Notes under the pieces: generated by a model
The model's input: the letters and a program-made list of their open reading frames with translations, nothing else
Databases searched by the model: none
What the model was told of the DNA's origin: nothing
Shown here: positions 9,938 to 20,089 of the stretch, piece by piece
Layout: each line of letters starts with the position of its first letter
How positions within the stretch are numbered: position 1 is the first letter of the stretch
Program-made: the position numbers and the translations under genes
Sequence record: NZ_CP067423.1
Source: a plasmid
Direction: 5' to 3' (one strand)
DNA length: 64,000 nucleotides

Positions 9938-10320
9938 GTATCCACGTCGTCGTCACCATCATGCTTTGCGTACTGTCGTGCGAACCGGCCGAAATCCGTG
10001 TCTGGGACGGGGACTCCCTGCGGCTCGGGATGACGCAGGAGTCCGAGGCGATCCGCATCTTCAACATCGATGCGCCGGAGATTGAGGGGCAGTGTGCCTA
10101 TGAAAGCGATCTGGCGCAGCGTTCAAAACATCGACTGGCGGAGTTGTTGCAGGGTCAGCGCGTCGAGGTCCTGCGCCAAGGCACGGACCGCTATGGCCGC
10201 ACGCTTGCGAGCGTGAGCGTCAACGGCAGGGACGTCGGCGACATTCTCGTCAGTGAAGGCCTCGCCAGAATCTGGAGCGGCCGGCGCGAGCCGTGGTGTT
10301 TAGGCGATGCTGGCGGGTAG
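9934..10320 (+). CDS. Thermonuclease (staphylococcal nuclease/SNase-like) family protein
   Basis: Motifs of micrococcal-nuclease homologues are present: IRVWDGDSLRL, RIFNIDAPEI and DRYGRTLASVSVNGRDVGDILVSEGLAR. The start overlaps the traH stop (ATGA), so translation is probably coupled. Confidence 0.6.
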   Translation: MSIHVVVTIMLCVLSCEPAEIRVWDGDSLRLGMTQESEAIRIFNIDAPEIEGQCAYESDLAQRSKHRLAELLQGQRVEVLRQGTDRYGRTLASVSVNGRDVGDILVSEGLARIWSGRREPWCLGDAGG

Positions 10321-10404
10321 CCAGCCGAGCTCTCGCGGATTTCGCAGTCAGTCAAGATGCGCCGCTAATGTAGGACCATCCGTAGATGACCGCATTTAGG
10401 TGAG

Positions 10405-13400
10405 TCAGCGCCGATAGATATCCAAATCCGGAAATGTTGGACTGCCAGGGGTCCAGAACTCCACGCTATCGGCGTGCATCTCGTAGAATTCGCGGTCTAC
10501 GGTGATACGCACCGCATGCGGTAAAAATCCATCGACGAGGCGGTAATCCTTCTCGTCGAGATGAACAGCTTCTGTCCCGAGCGGCAGCAATATCGGCCTG
10601 TCCAAAACGGCACGGAGATTGGAAAGCGTTATGGCCGGATCAAGACGGACCGGCACCTCGAGGTCTTCATCCGCGAACTCATCGAGGTTGAGGGCAGAAT
10701 CGTCCCCTGCAGATATCGCATTTTCGAGCGCCTGAAGAGCATCATTGCGCTTGGCGTCAGGGGCGTTCGAGGTGGACAAGACCGATTCTTCGATGAGCCG
10801 TGGCAAGCGCGTGAGGATTGGTTGAAGCCCGCCTACAACCTTTTCGAAGATCGAAATGCGACTGCGCAGCGCGCGATAGACGTCGGCCTCGACCGTATCT
10901 TCGTAGTGCAGGTTGATGATCCGAATATCAGAAAACCGCTGACCGAGGCGATCAATGCGCCCGATCCGCTGTTCAACGCGCATCGGATTCCAAGGCATAT
11001 CGTAATTCACCAAAGCACCACAGAACTGGAAATTCAGACCTTCGGCAGCTGCGTCGGTGCACACCAGGACTTCGGAACGGCCTTCCTTGAAGCGCCGTTT
11101 GACATCGTCGCGCGTGATCAACCTCCAAGTGCCATCGGTGTTGCGCACTTCACCGCCGCGACCGGAAAAGCACATCACCGAGTTTCCGGCGCCGACAAGC
11201 AGGTCCCGAAGATAATCCATCGTGTCCGTGAACTGGGTGAACACCATCACCTGCGGATAGCCGCTGCCCTTGAGCTCGGCCAGAACCTTCGAAAGCTCGA
11301 TGGCCTTAGTGTCGGTCGGCAGCAGTGTGATATCAGCCACGATAGTTTCGATGGTCGCGATCTCTTCGAACGCGAGGGCGCGTCGCTCGTCCTCTGACAC
11401 AGTTTCGATATCTATTTCTTCGCCGGCCTCGACTTGGTCGGCGACGTCCTCATCGATCCTGGCTTCATCGGCTGCGGTGAGAAACCCTCCTACACCACCT
11501 TTTCGCTTCTCCATCGTCTGCCGAAGGGCATGGAAACTTGACGCAAGGCGCCGGCGATAGATCGTCATCACGAATCCCACGGCGTTGCGGGCATCAGGCG
11601 CCGCGGCATTGTATGTCTCGGAAATGTAGGTTTCGACCTGCTGGTAGAGGTCGCCTTCCTCTACCGACAGCGGAATGAAGCGGTCTTCGACTTGCCGCGT
11701 TGCGATGGCAGCCGACATCTTGCCGGCCTTGAAGTATTTGCGCAGCAATTCGCGTGTGTGGCGCGAAACGAGCGCGCCGACCGGTGTCGATCGCTTGATG
11801 ATCGCAATCGCCGTGCGGCGTTCTTCCGGCGAAAGCTGCCGGCGCGGTATCGAAACCAGATCGCGCAGCGCTTGGAGGACTTTCCGGGTCTTCAGTCCGC
11901 TCAGCCGGGTCTGCCGTTCCGCATCCGCCCGCGAGACTTCTCCAAAATGGGCCTCGTTCGCCCGGAAGAGCGCCGAAAGCCAATCGAGGCTTTCGTTGGT
12001 TACAGGTTCCTTCGCGACTTCTGAGAAGAAGCGGACGAAGGCATCCGGTGTCCATTCAGGCGGCAGGCCTAACAGGTCGAGCAAATCCCAGAGTTCCGTG
12101 GCGTGGACCTGCAAGGGTGTTGCGGTAAGGAGGATTAGCCCGTCCGTTCGACGCCGCAACGACCGCATCAATTGGAGAAGCCGGTTCGGGCCTTTGGCTT
12201 GCGGCGTTCCAGCGCCCTTCGTTCGGGCGTGATGCGCTTCATCAAGGACAACGAGATCCCACGGATCGGCCGCTTCCAGAATTTCGCGTTGTCGATCCTG
12301 GCGCCTCGCGAGATGGCTCGACATGATCACGAATGGCTCACGATGCCACGCCTCGCGAGACACCGGCTTTTCGAAATCATGATCCCGCGCCGGCGACCGA
12401 TACCACGTCAATTTCTGGCCATCGTAGATCGGCCAATTCAGGTTGAACTTTTCGCGTAGTTCGATCTGCCATTGCTTGCAGACGTTCTTGGGCGCGAGGA
12501 CCAGCGCGCGCTTGATCCTGCCCGCCAACCAAGCTTGGCGAAGCAGCAGCCCGGCCTGAACCGTCTTCCCGAGACCAACTTCATCGGCAATCAGAAGCTT
12601 CGGCGGCCAGTTGTCATAGAGGCGATGATAGGCGCGGATTTGATGCGGCCAAGGCACGACCGCGGAAGTCGCTTCGCCCACGCGATCGCCGCCGATGGCT
12701 TGAACGGCAGCGTTGGCGATCTTTTCCCAAACGGCCTGGCGTTCTTCATCGATCGAAACACTTGGCCCCGGCCCAATAGTGATTGGCTCATCATCATGGG
12801 CCGGTCCTTGAGTCGGTCTGGGTGCCGATGGTCCCGTCGATTGGTCGTCGTGTTCAGCGAGGCGCTTAGGCAATTTTTCGGGGTCGGGCAGGAAGGTCAG
12901 CAGTTGCTCGCGCAGCGCCGTTGGCACATCAAGCGTGATCGCCCGGCGGGCGCGGTCAGCCCAGAGCTTCGCGAAGCTTGCTTCTTCTTCGTCAACGCGC
13001 GGGCCGTCATTCCACGACGTGAAGGCGTTGAAGCTTTCCCAGTTCCGCGTCCAACCGAATTCGGTTTCGTTGATGCTACCGTTGAAGGCCATCCGATCGC
13101 CGGTCTTGTCCTCGATGATGCCGGTCTTTTCGTGAAAGATGCTGTCGTCGCGGATCGGCCGGCGGTCGAGGTCGCAGGGCACGGCAAGCTTCACATCGAG
13201 AAAGCTGTTGGCCACCATCCAGGCGACAAGTTCGAGGGCATCGATCGTCCGCGGATCGGCCGTCAAGATCGGCATCTTGATTAGCGTCCGTTCAACGGCG
13301 TCGCGGAGAGATTCGCCGCGCTCGATGGCCGCAACCTCTTCTTCGCCGAGAGTGCAGCCGACGATCAGGCGCATCCGCCCATTATTGACGATTAGCCCTT

Positions 13401-13563
13401 CGACGCCCCGGGCAGCAAGCGCCAAGGCGCGTGCCGAGAAATAGCCTGTAAGGCGATCGTATCGAGTGGCCGAGCGCAACGCAGGCACATAGAATAGCCG
13501 GACGAGGTCACCATCGTCCGGTGTATATTTGAGGCGCCATGCGGTGTCGCGCAGAAGCGTCAA
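10405..13563 (-). CDS. PLD-family nuclease domain fused to SNF2-family helicase (defence-island helicase)
   Basis: The N-terminus has an HxK(x)4D motif (HEKTGIIEDKTGDRMAFNGS), i.e. a PLD nuclease. SNF2 helicase motifs follow: motif I (LLIADEVGLGKTVQAG), motif II (VVLDEAHHARTK) and helicase C motifs (TDAAAEGLNFQ, RIGRIDRLGQR). It is the last gene of the cassette and overlaps the preceding gene by 4 nt. Confidence 0.8.
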   Translation of the reverse strand: MTLLRDTAWRLKYTPDDGDLVRLFYVPALRSATRYDRLTGYFSARALALAARGVEGLIVNNGRMRLIVGCTLGEEEVAAIERGESLRDAVERTLIKMPILTADPRTIDALELVAWMVANSFLDVKLAVPCDLDRRPIRDDSIFHEKTGIIEDKTGDRMAFNGSINETEFGWTRNWESFNAFTSWNDGPRVDEEEASFAKLWADRARRAITLDVPTALREQLLTFLPDPEKLPKRLAEHDDQSTGPSAPRPTQGPAHDDEPITIGPGPSVSIDEERQAVWEKIANAAVQAIGGDRVGEATSAVVPWPHQIRAYHRLYDNWPPKLLIADEVGLGKTVQAGLLLRQAWLAGRIKRALVLAPKNVCKQWQIELREKFNLNWPIYDGQKLTWYRSPARDHDFEKPVSREAWHREPFVIMSSHLARRQDRQREILEAADPWDLVVLDEAHHARTKGAGTPQAKGPNRLLQLMRSLRRRTDGLILLTATPLQVHATELWDLLDLLGLPPEWTPDAFVRFFSEVAKEPVTNESLDWLSALFRANEAHFGEVSRADAERQTRLSGLKTRKVLQALRDLVSIPRRQLSPEERRTAIAIIKRSTPVGALVSRHTRELLRKYFKAGKMSAAIATRQVEDRFIPLSVEEGDLYQQVETYISETYNAAAPDARNAVGFVMTIYRRRLASSFHALRQTMEKRKGGVGGFLTAADEARIDEDVADQVEAGEEIDIETVSEDERRALAFEEIATIETIVADITLLPTDTKAIELSKVLAELKGSGYPQVMVFTQFTDTMDYLRDLLVGAGNSVMCFSGRGGEVRNTDGTWRLITRDDVKRRFKEGRSEVLVCTDAAAEGLNFQFCGALVNYDMPWNPMRVEQRIGRIDRLGQRFSDIRIINLHYEDTVEADVYRALRSRISIFEKVVGGLQPILTRLPRLIEESVLSTSNAPDAKRNDALQALENAISAGDDSALNLDEFADEDLEVPVRLDPAITLSNLRAVLDRPILLPLGTEAVHLDEKDYRLVDGFLPHAVRITVDREFYEMHADSVEFWTPGSPTFPDLDIYRR

Positions 13564-16505
13564 GCAGCCTCCTCTGTGAAGAGCGATAGCTGTTGGGGCT
13601 CATCAACCTTGTCGGAGAAGGCGAGACGACGCAGCTTCTCAAGGGCGTCGAAATCATCGGCCGCCGATTTTGCATCGCCGGTGGCAACATCGAAGCCGAC
13701 AAAGTTACGCGAGGGTGGCAGAACTTCCAGCACGGCTTCGAGAGCGGCCAGAAATTGGGAATCGCCATCGATCCCCGCATCCTTGAGAAGATCGAAAGCC
13801 GCTTCTAGGGTTCGCGTCCTGCCACGATGGGCGGCATGGTGGATCGCGTCGATCATGGCGCGCGATCCGTCGGCGGGGCCGAGTGCATTTTTGGCAGCGC
13901 GCGTGGCGCTATCCCAGAGCTTGATATCCGAGCCCTTCTTTTCGCAGACCTTGCCAATCAGTTGGCCATCGAGATCGGCGCCCACTGCACGGGCGAGCCG
14001 CAGGCCTTCATCGTAGCTAAACACCGGCGCCTTAAACGCGTCCCAGGCCAGCACAAACCACGAGGTGGTCGCATCGAGATCGCCACGTCCCTTGGTATGG
14101 GTGAGCTGGTTCAACCGCCACGTCTTGACCTCGCGACGTGCGGCATCGAGCGCGTCTTCCGGCGTCACCGCGTAGGGATCGAACTCTTCCTCGAATAGTT
14201 CGGCCTGCTTGCGGCGTCTCTTCGCCAGCGGTTCGGGTCGCGGTGTCCCGCGCTTCAGCGGCCAATGGCGCGAGAATTCTTCCAGCGCGGGCCCGAAGGA
14301 CGCGAGATAGAGATCGACGCCGGTAATCCCGGCCTTCTGGAATTCTTCAACCCGGGTGCGGACGGCCTTGGCCACCAGCGGCTCGACATCTTCCCAATAG
14401 GTCGTCTCGTCGCCCTGATCTGCCGGGCGCGGGCGGCAGACGAGGAAGATTGTGGAGTTGGCGGCGGCCTTGTCCTTGATATGGAGAGAGCCTTCGGCCT
14501 CGGTATTCACCGGCCAGGAGGCGGTGATAATGAAGCCCGCTTCGATCAATCCCTTCGTCAACGCATCCCACGCACTTGTGTCCTTGTGCGTGAACATCAC
14601 GGTCATGATGCCGTTCGGTTTCAGCACTCGCCGGCTTTCCGCGAAGATCGCGGCCATCTTTTCCTGATAGTCGCGGTTCGCGAGCGCGTCGGCGCCCTTC
14701 TGGCCTTTGAAATGGGCCTTGTTGGCGACTGCTTCGGATTGCTTGTCGGTAAGGCGTCTTGTGAAAAGCTCGGGCGCAACTAGCCCCGCGGTGCGCTTCA
14801 GCCACACATAGAAGAAGTCGGACAGCTCCGCATACATAACGTTCGCGCCATAGGGTGGGTCCATCACGACAGCATCGACTGAGCCGTCGGCAATGTGATC
14901 AAGAGAAGAGCCGGACTTTGACGAGATTACAACTTCGGCCGGCGCTACCTTTTCTCCTCCAAAGAGTGGTCCATCTTTGGACCCTGTAGGTGTCGATAGC
15001 TCTACAAGCTCCTTGATACATTTCGCGGTCTGTTCGATAGCCCAATCATAACCAACACTATCCGTGGTAATGACCATTTCGGCATACGACCATTTGAACG
15101 CAAAATCATGGCGATCAAAGGTGTTGACCATGATTTCGCGATTGCCGTGCCACCGTGTCATTCGAGAGTTGTAGTCGCGGAGTTTATCGAGGCTGAAGCT
15201 GAGATAGATGTAGGCGGCCCGGCGAACATCAGTCAGACGACCGGCGAGTCTGTCTTCCTCAACCATGTCACGAAAAATCTCGGATGCCAGTCCATGACCA
15301 AGAAGCTGGCGTGGCGAGAACATATCCCGCCAAAGCGGCATACCATACTGACGTGGTCGATCGTCATTTGTGTCCGAAGGGAATGCTTCGCTTGGGATGA
15401 CATCAAGCGCCTCCCATTCTGGAAGCTTCCTATCTATTTGGGCGGCAATATCCGCCTCGATGCTGTCTTCCGTGCGAGGAGCTCGATAACCCCTTTCCCA
15501 TCTCGGCTTGCCAAGCTTCCCAGACTTGAGCCTAGTTTCGATGCGCCGCTTGAATACGACGGTGAACAGTTGATCGCCCATTCCTTCGGCTTGTGCCTGG
15601 CGCTTGACCTCGTCGCCATCGATAACGCGGGCGCAATCTGGAAAGGGACAAGTGGCGTCGCCATCGGAAACGGTTCCAGCCGAATGCTCTGAAATGTTAG
15701 TCACGATCTCGAATGAGCAGAAGCGACCAGTGGTCCCTGGTCCAATGCCCAAATGGGGCTTCAATCGAACCCCAAGGCCGGCCCCATTCAAGCGCCAGTT
15801 CGGAGAGAGCGGTATCGTTCCCGCGCAGTACGGGCAGGAGATCGTGCGTGCCCAAATATAATTGGTCGCAACGCAGTTCTTCTCCGGCTCAGGCGGGTAT
15901 GCCGAACGAAGGAGGACCTCGCGTCGCGCGACGAATTTCTTTGAGATTTCATCAAACTCGTCCAGAAGTTTCACGCCGAAACGCTGCGGAGTTTCTACTG
16001 TCGCCTTCAGAATCGTAGCTGCTACTGGGTTGAGATCGTTGGCATACGACTTAAAGCCCATCCGACTGCTCTCGAACGGAATACTTCCGCCGCCCGCCGT
16101 CGGATCGAGGACAGATATGTTGCTTCCAATCTGCCTTCGGATTGCAGCCATTTCCGATGGAGAAGGTGAATATGAGAAAGCGCGCTTGTAAGTGTAGGCC
16201 TCGCCTTCAAATCGTTCGCCAATCCGCTTTGCCCGGTCGATCCGTCGGCGCGACGCCATTGGATCACCGTGAATGCCCAGAACATGGAGAAAGGCATCGT
16301 GGTCGGCATTGGCTGGCAACAACGAAGCCAACACGGCAGCCCGGGACGCAACCAAAGGGCGCCTCGCCCACCAGACGTGCAAGCGGTTGGGAGCAGGGAA
16401 CGGCGTCATTGGCGTGCGTTCCCGAAGACTCTCAATGCCTATTTCAGCGATCGGCAACCAACGTTCAATCAGCCGCACATCCGACATACGCTCATCTTCC
16501 ATCAT
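13560..16505 (-). CDS. DUF1156-type N6-adenine DNA methyltransferase
   Basis: The DUF1156 N-terminal signature (LIERWLPIAEIGIESLRER...PPNRLHVWWARRPL) is present. An AdoMet-binding motif (VLDPTAGGGSIPFES) and the catalytic motif IV (DPPY: VVMDPPYGANVMYAELSDFF) follow. 981 aa. Confidence 0.8.
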   Translation of the reverse strand: MMEDERMSDVRLIERWLPIAEIGIESLRERTPMTPFPAPNRLHVWWARRPLVASRAAVLASLLPANADHDAFLHVLGIHGDPMASRRRIDRAKRIGERFEGEAYTYKRAFSYSPSPSEMAAIRRQIGSNISVLDPTAGGGSIPFESSRMGFKSYANDLNPVAATILKATVETPQRFGVKLLDEFDEISKKFVARREVLLRSAYPPEPEKNCVATNYIWARTISCPYCAGTIPLSPNWRLNGAGLGVRLKPHLGIGPGTTGRFCSFEIVTNISEHSAGTVSDGDATCPFPDCARVIDGDEVKRQAQAEGMGDQLFTVVFKRRIETRLKSGKLGKPRWERGYRAPRTEDSIEADIAAQIDRKLPEWEALDVIPSEAFPSDTNDDRPRQYGMPLWRDMFSPRQLLGHGLASEIFRDMVEEDRLAGRLTDVRRAAYIYLSFSLDKLRDYNSRMTRWHGNREIMVNTFDRHDFAFKWSYAEMVITTDSVGYDWAIEQTAKCIKELVELSTPTGSKDGPLFGGEKVAPAEVVISSKSGSSLDHIADGSVDAVVMDPPYGANVMYAELSDFFYVWLKRTAGLVAPELFTRRLTDKQSEAVANKAHFKGQKGADALANRDYQEKMAAIFAESRRVLKPNGIMTVMFTHKDTSAWDALTKGLIEAGFIITASWPVNTEAEGSLHIKDKAAANSTIFLVCRPRPADQGDETTYWEDVEPLVAKAVRTRVEEFQKAGITGVDLYLASFGPALEEFSRHWPLKRGTPRPEPLAKRRRKQAELFEEEFDPYAVTPEDALDAARREVKTWRLNQLTHTKGRGDLDATTSWFVLAWDAFKAPVFSYDEGLRLARAVGADLDGQLIGKVCEKKGSDIKLWDSATRAAKNALGPADGSRAMIDAIHHAAHRGRTRTLEAAFDLLKDAGIDGDSQFLAALEAVLEVLPPSRNFVGFDVATGDAKSAADDFDALEKLRRLAFSDKVDEPQQLSLFTEEAA

Positions 16506-16981
16506 TTCGCTGGGTCAGTGAGCAGGATGCGGAGCGCAGTCAGCACGCGGCGCGGATTCTTGCGGTGAACCGACATGCCGAGCCAATAGCCAGCTTCTTC
16601 CTTGCCCATTACCTCGATGCCCTCGGCGACGAGGCGCATGTTGTCGCGGTTACGCATTGGGGCGAGCGTCCGGAACAGCAGCGCGAGGCGCAGCGCGGTT
16701 TCTTCCGACAAAGCCGATCCCATGCCCTCGATCGGCAGGAGATCAAGGCGGATGCCGCTTTCCTTCAGGCGCTTGAGTACCCGGTGTTCAGCCAGTTCGA
16801 GATTACGTCCGCGAAGGCCCGCAAGGCGGATCGGAGCGGTGATCTGTGGAGTCACAATCGATGGCAGTTGCCAGACTTCAACCTCGGTATCGCCAGGGCC
16901 ATGGCGACGGGCGCGCAGTTCGTAAACGGGCTGGGTTTTCGACACCATTATGAATTCGTCCTTGCGGCGCGGCACATTCAT
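16502..16981 (-). CDS. Small DUF3780-like protein of the DUF499/DUF1156 cassette
   Basis: 159 aa, translationally coupled on both sides (4-nt overlaps) between the DUF499 and DUF1156 genes. This is the position occupied by DUF3780 proteins in such cassettes. The family assignment is by position and size only. Confidence 0.45.
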   Translation of the reverse strand: MNVPRRKDEFIMVSKTQPVYELRARRHGPGDTEVEVWQLPSIVTPQITAPIRLAGLRGRNLELAEHRVLKRLKESGIRLDLLPIEGMGSALSEETALRLALLFRTLAPMRNRDNMRLVAEGIEVMGKEEAGYWLGMSVHRKNPRRVLTALRILLTDPAK

Positions 16982-19900
16982 GACTTCACCTCCGCCGTTG
17001 CTTCGACATACGCAGCCGCGCTCGCAAAGCGCGTCAGCTTTTCGATGAATTTGTCCGCGGCATCCCCATCCAGCGCGAGCCCGTTTTCGAAATCAAACGA
17101 AATACTGGTTTGCAGATCGGTCTCCTTCGCCGCCCTGAACTGAGGTTCGAGGTAGTCCTTCATCGTCGACGCATCTTGCGCCACGCCGCTGAATTCGAAC
17201 TGCATCTCGCTGTCTTGCGTTGTGATGAAGCTGCCCGTGAGCTTCACCGACCGTTTTGTTCCAGCGACGGTGTTTGCGATCGGGATCAGCTTGAAGGCGT
17301 CACCATATTCGAACAGGCGGATCACCACGCGATCTACCTTTTCGAGCTTCGCGGTCTTGGCTTGTTCGATCACCTTCCGTAGTGCTTCCTTCAAGACGCC
17401 CTCGGCGGTGAACACTTTGGCATTTGCGACGGCAGCTCCATCCGGGCCACCTTGTGGTCGTTCGCCGAAGCCGACCGCCGAGCCTTCGCCCGGTGCTCCG
17501 CCGATCGGCGGGAGCGGCTCGCCCGAAATCGAAGCGCCAGTTCCGGCCGATGCGGGTTGGGCCGCCGACGCGGGCGCCGGCCGAGGCCACACGCCCTTGG
17601 TCTTGGCGAAGTCCATCGTGAAGATCGTCGTTTCTTCATCGATGTTGATCGACGGCATCGGATCGCCTTGCCCGGCCAGGAGATCGCCGCGCTTGTAGAC
17701 ATAGACGCCTTCCTCGATGCCCTTTCGGACCGCCTTGCGGAACACGTCATCCGACAGGAGGATCGAGAGTGAGGGGTCGCGGCGGAATTCGTCGCGAAGA
17801 TCGCGCGTCGTCATCTGCCCTTTCTTCAAGGGTGTGCGGTCGCGGATGTAGGAGGGGGAATCGGGCGAGTCGGAAGCGTCTCGAACCTTGTTCTGACTTT
17901 GCAACTGGCGAACGACCTGAAGCTGGCCTGATCCTGGGCGCTCGGAGGCATTCTGAATATCGATGACCGAATGCGCTAGCTGCACCGAGCCCGTGCCGCT
18001 CAGCGCATTGCGCGAGGGGTAGAGGATGTGGCGATAGCACTGCTGGATCGCTATAGCCGCCTCTGTCTCGGACTTCTTCTCGAGTTCGAAGACCTTAGCT
18101 TGCTGGTGCTCGGCAAGTTCCTTGACGCGCTCGGGCCGCTTAAGCTCCTGAAGGGCCAGGCGGCGCACGATCGCGCGCTTCATCTCGTTCACTTTGGTTT
18201 CGTCCGCGACGACAAAAACCAGATTGTTCCGCAGGGACCGCAGGCCGTTGCCGTCGGCGCCCTTGCGCTCAAACATGCGTCCCACGATCTCGGGCATCTC
18301 GCGAAGATCGGCGCCGATTTCCAGCGCGTCGTGAGAAAGCAGCACAAGCCGCGGCTTGCCGTCCGATACGTCGTCCGGGACATCCCATGGCCCGCCGGGG
18401 AAAGGCACGAGGTCGAAGGATTGGCCGCCGAAGATCGCCTTTGCCCTGTCCACAAGCTGGGTGCGCGCCTCACCGGGATCGATGTTCTTCTCCTCCCGAC
18501 CGATGACCTGCGTTAGGTTGGCTTCGGCGTTGAAGCGCAGCGGTGCGTTCGGCCGATCATCGAGATAGGCGGATTCCGCGCGAAATTTCGTCCTCGCATC
18601 GTCGATGAAGGAAAGGTCCGCTGCAGGGCTGAGGATCGAATAGCGCAAGTGGTCGGCTGCGACGCCCTTAAGGTCGTTGTTGAACGCGAGGGTGTGGATG
18701 AAGATTGTGCGGGCGACGTAGGTGCCATAAGGCAGCAGGCCCTTGAAGTTTTTCGCGTCCAGCTCTTGGGCCAAAGCCAGTTTCTCGGGCGGCCCAGCAA
18801 TGTCATTGAGAATCGCCGGCACAAAGGCGCCTTGCTGCAGCCGCGTCGTGAATTCCCGGCGAATGACATCCGATCCCAGATCGACGTGATGCAGGTGGAT
18901 CGCGGACGCATCGGAAGGACGGCTTGCCCAGACGGTCGCAACGGTCTTTGCCAGAATGCGCAGCATTCCACGCACGCGTTGAAAGCCGCCGAGCGTGGCC
19001 GTTTTCCCGGTGAGCGTATCCAGAACGTCCGGGTGAAAGGGATAGGTCTGCGCGAATTCTGCGCTGGTGGTCGAGCGCCTGGCTTCTTCCGATAAAATGT
19101 CGCGATGGATGCTCCAAAGTTCGCGATAACCGTTGATCACTTCCGTCGCGCGGGAATCGTCAATCGACGCAAACAAGCGGCGTCGGATGACCTTTGCGGT
19201 TTCATCATCCCGTGTCGGATTGAGGTTGGTCGCCTTCCGGCCGGAGACGCTTTCGAGTTCCGACATGGCGCTGGCGAGGAATTCGTTCTCGTCGGCGAAG
19301 GCGTCCACGCCCTTGCCGTCGGATCGAACCGCAAGGGTATACACGATTGCCGCGTGCGGGGTGCTCTCGATCGCGGTCAGCAGCGCCTTGAGGAAGGCGG
19401 TCAGTTGATCGCGCCCACCCATGCCTTGAACTCGCCGAAGGTACTCGCCCAGCTCATCGAGAACGACGAGCACTGGATCGGAACCGAATAGTTCCTTTAT
19501 GGTGTCGGCACCCGGAGCAATTCGCTGCTCGTCTGATCGGCGCACGATCTCGTATCCAGCCTTCCCAGCCAGCTGGTAGGCGATCTCGCCCCAAGGCGTG
19601 TGGGCGCGGATTCCCTCGCCCATCGGCCGACCGTTCGCCGGATCGGCATTCTCGCCATCGAAGGCTGCAACGCGGACGGCCTGGGTTGGCACGAGGGTTG
19701 GATCGAGGAATTCCGCGGTATTCGAGACACCCTGCATCCCTGCTGCTGCGTGTACAAGGGCAATCAGGCCGTGCGTCTTACCGCCGCCGAACGAGGTATC
19801 GAGGCGGAAAACAGCTGACACGCTTTCCCCGCGGCCAGACAGTCGGCCACAGACGTTGACAAGAAGCTCTTTCAGCCCCTCGGTGGGATAAGTGTTCGTG

Positions 19901-20046
19901 AAGAACGTTGGAGCGTCGGTGTAGTCGCGCGAGGCGCGACCGGTCAGGACATTCGCGAGATTGGCCGCATAGTCGCTGTCAGCAATTGTTCCCTTTTCCA
20001 CGTCCTCGCGAGGCCTGCAAAGCTCAAATACATTTGGAATTGTCAT
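16978..20046 (-). CDS. DUF499-family ATPase (large P-loop NTPase)
   Basis: The N-terminus VFELCRPREDVEKGTIADSDYAANLANVL is typical of DUF499. A Walker A motif (DTSFGGGKTHGLIAL) and a Walker B-like motif (VLVVLDELGEY) are present. 1022 aa; first gene of the four-gene cassette. Confidence 0.75.
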   Translation of the reverse strand: MTIPNVFELCRPREDVEKGTIADSDYAANLANVLTGRASRDYTDAPTFFTNTYPTEGLKELLVNVCGRLSGRGESVSAVFRLDTSFGGGKTHGLIALVHAAAGMQGVSNTAEFLDPTLVPTQAVRVAAFDGENADPANGRPMGEGIRAHTPWGEIAYQLAGKAGYEIVRRSDEQRIAPGADTIKELFGSDPVLVVLDELGEYLRRVQGMGGRDQLTAFLKALLTAIESTPHAAIVYTLAVRSDGKGVDAFADENEFLASAMSELESVSGRKATNLNPTRDDETAKVIRRRLFASIDDSRATEVINGYRELWSIHRDILSEEARRSTTSAEFAQTYPFHPDVLDTLTGKTATLGGFQRVRGMLRILAKTVATVWASRPSDASAIHLHHVDLGSDVIRREFTTRLQQGAFVPAILNDIAGPPEKLALAQELDAKNFKGLLPYGTYVARTIFIHTLAFNNDLKGVAADHLRYSILSPAADLSFIDDARTKFRAESAYLDDRPNAPLRFNAEANLTQVIGREEKNIDPGEARTQLVDRAKAIFGGQSFDLVPFPGGPWDVPDDVSDGKPRLVLLSHDALEIGADLREMPEIVGRMFERKGADGNGLRSLRNNLVFVVADETKVNEMKRAIVRRLALQELKRPERVKELAEHQQAKVFELEKKSETEAAIAIQQCYRHILYPSRNALSGTGSVQLAHSVIDIQNASERPGSGQLQVVRQLQSQNKVRDASDSPDSPSYIRDRTPLKKGQMTTRDLRDEFRRDPSLSILLSDDVFRKAVRKGIEEGVYVYKRGDLLAGQGDPMPSINIDEETTIFTMDFAKTKGVWPRPAPASAAQPASAGTGASISGEPLPPIGGAPGEGSAVGFGERPQGGPDGAAVANAKVFTAEGVLKEALRKVIEQAKTAKLEKVDRVVIRLFEYGDAFKLIPIANTVAGTKRSVKLTGSFITTQDSEMQFEFSGVAQDASTMKDYLEPQFRAAKETDLQTSISFDFENGLALDGDAADKFIEKLTRFASAAAYVEATAEVKS

Positions 20047-20089
20047 GCCTACCCCAACCCCGATTTGACCGCCGGCTTAGACCGATCGG

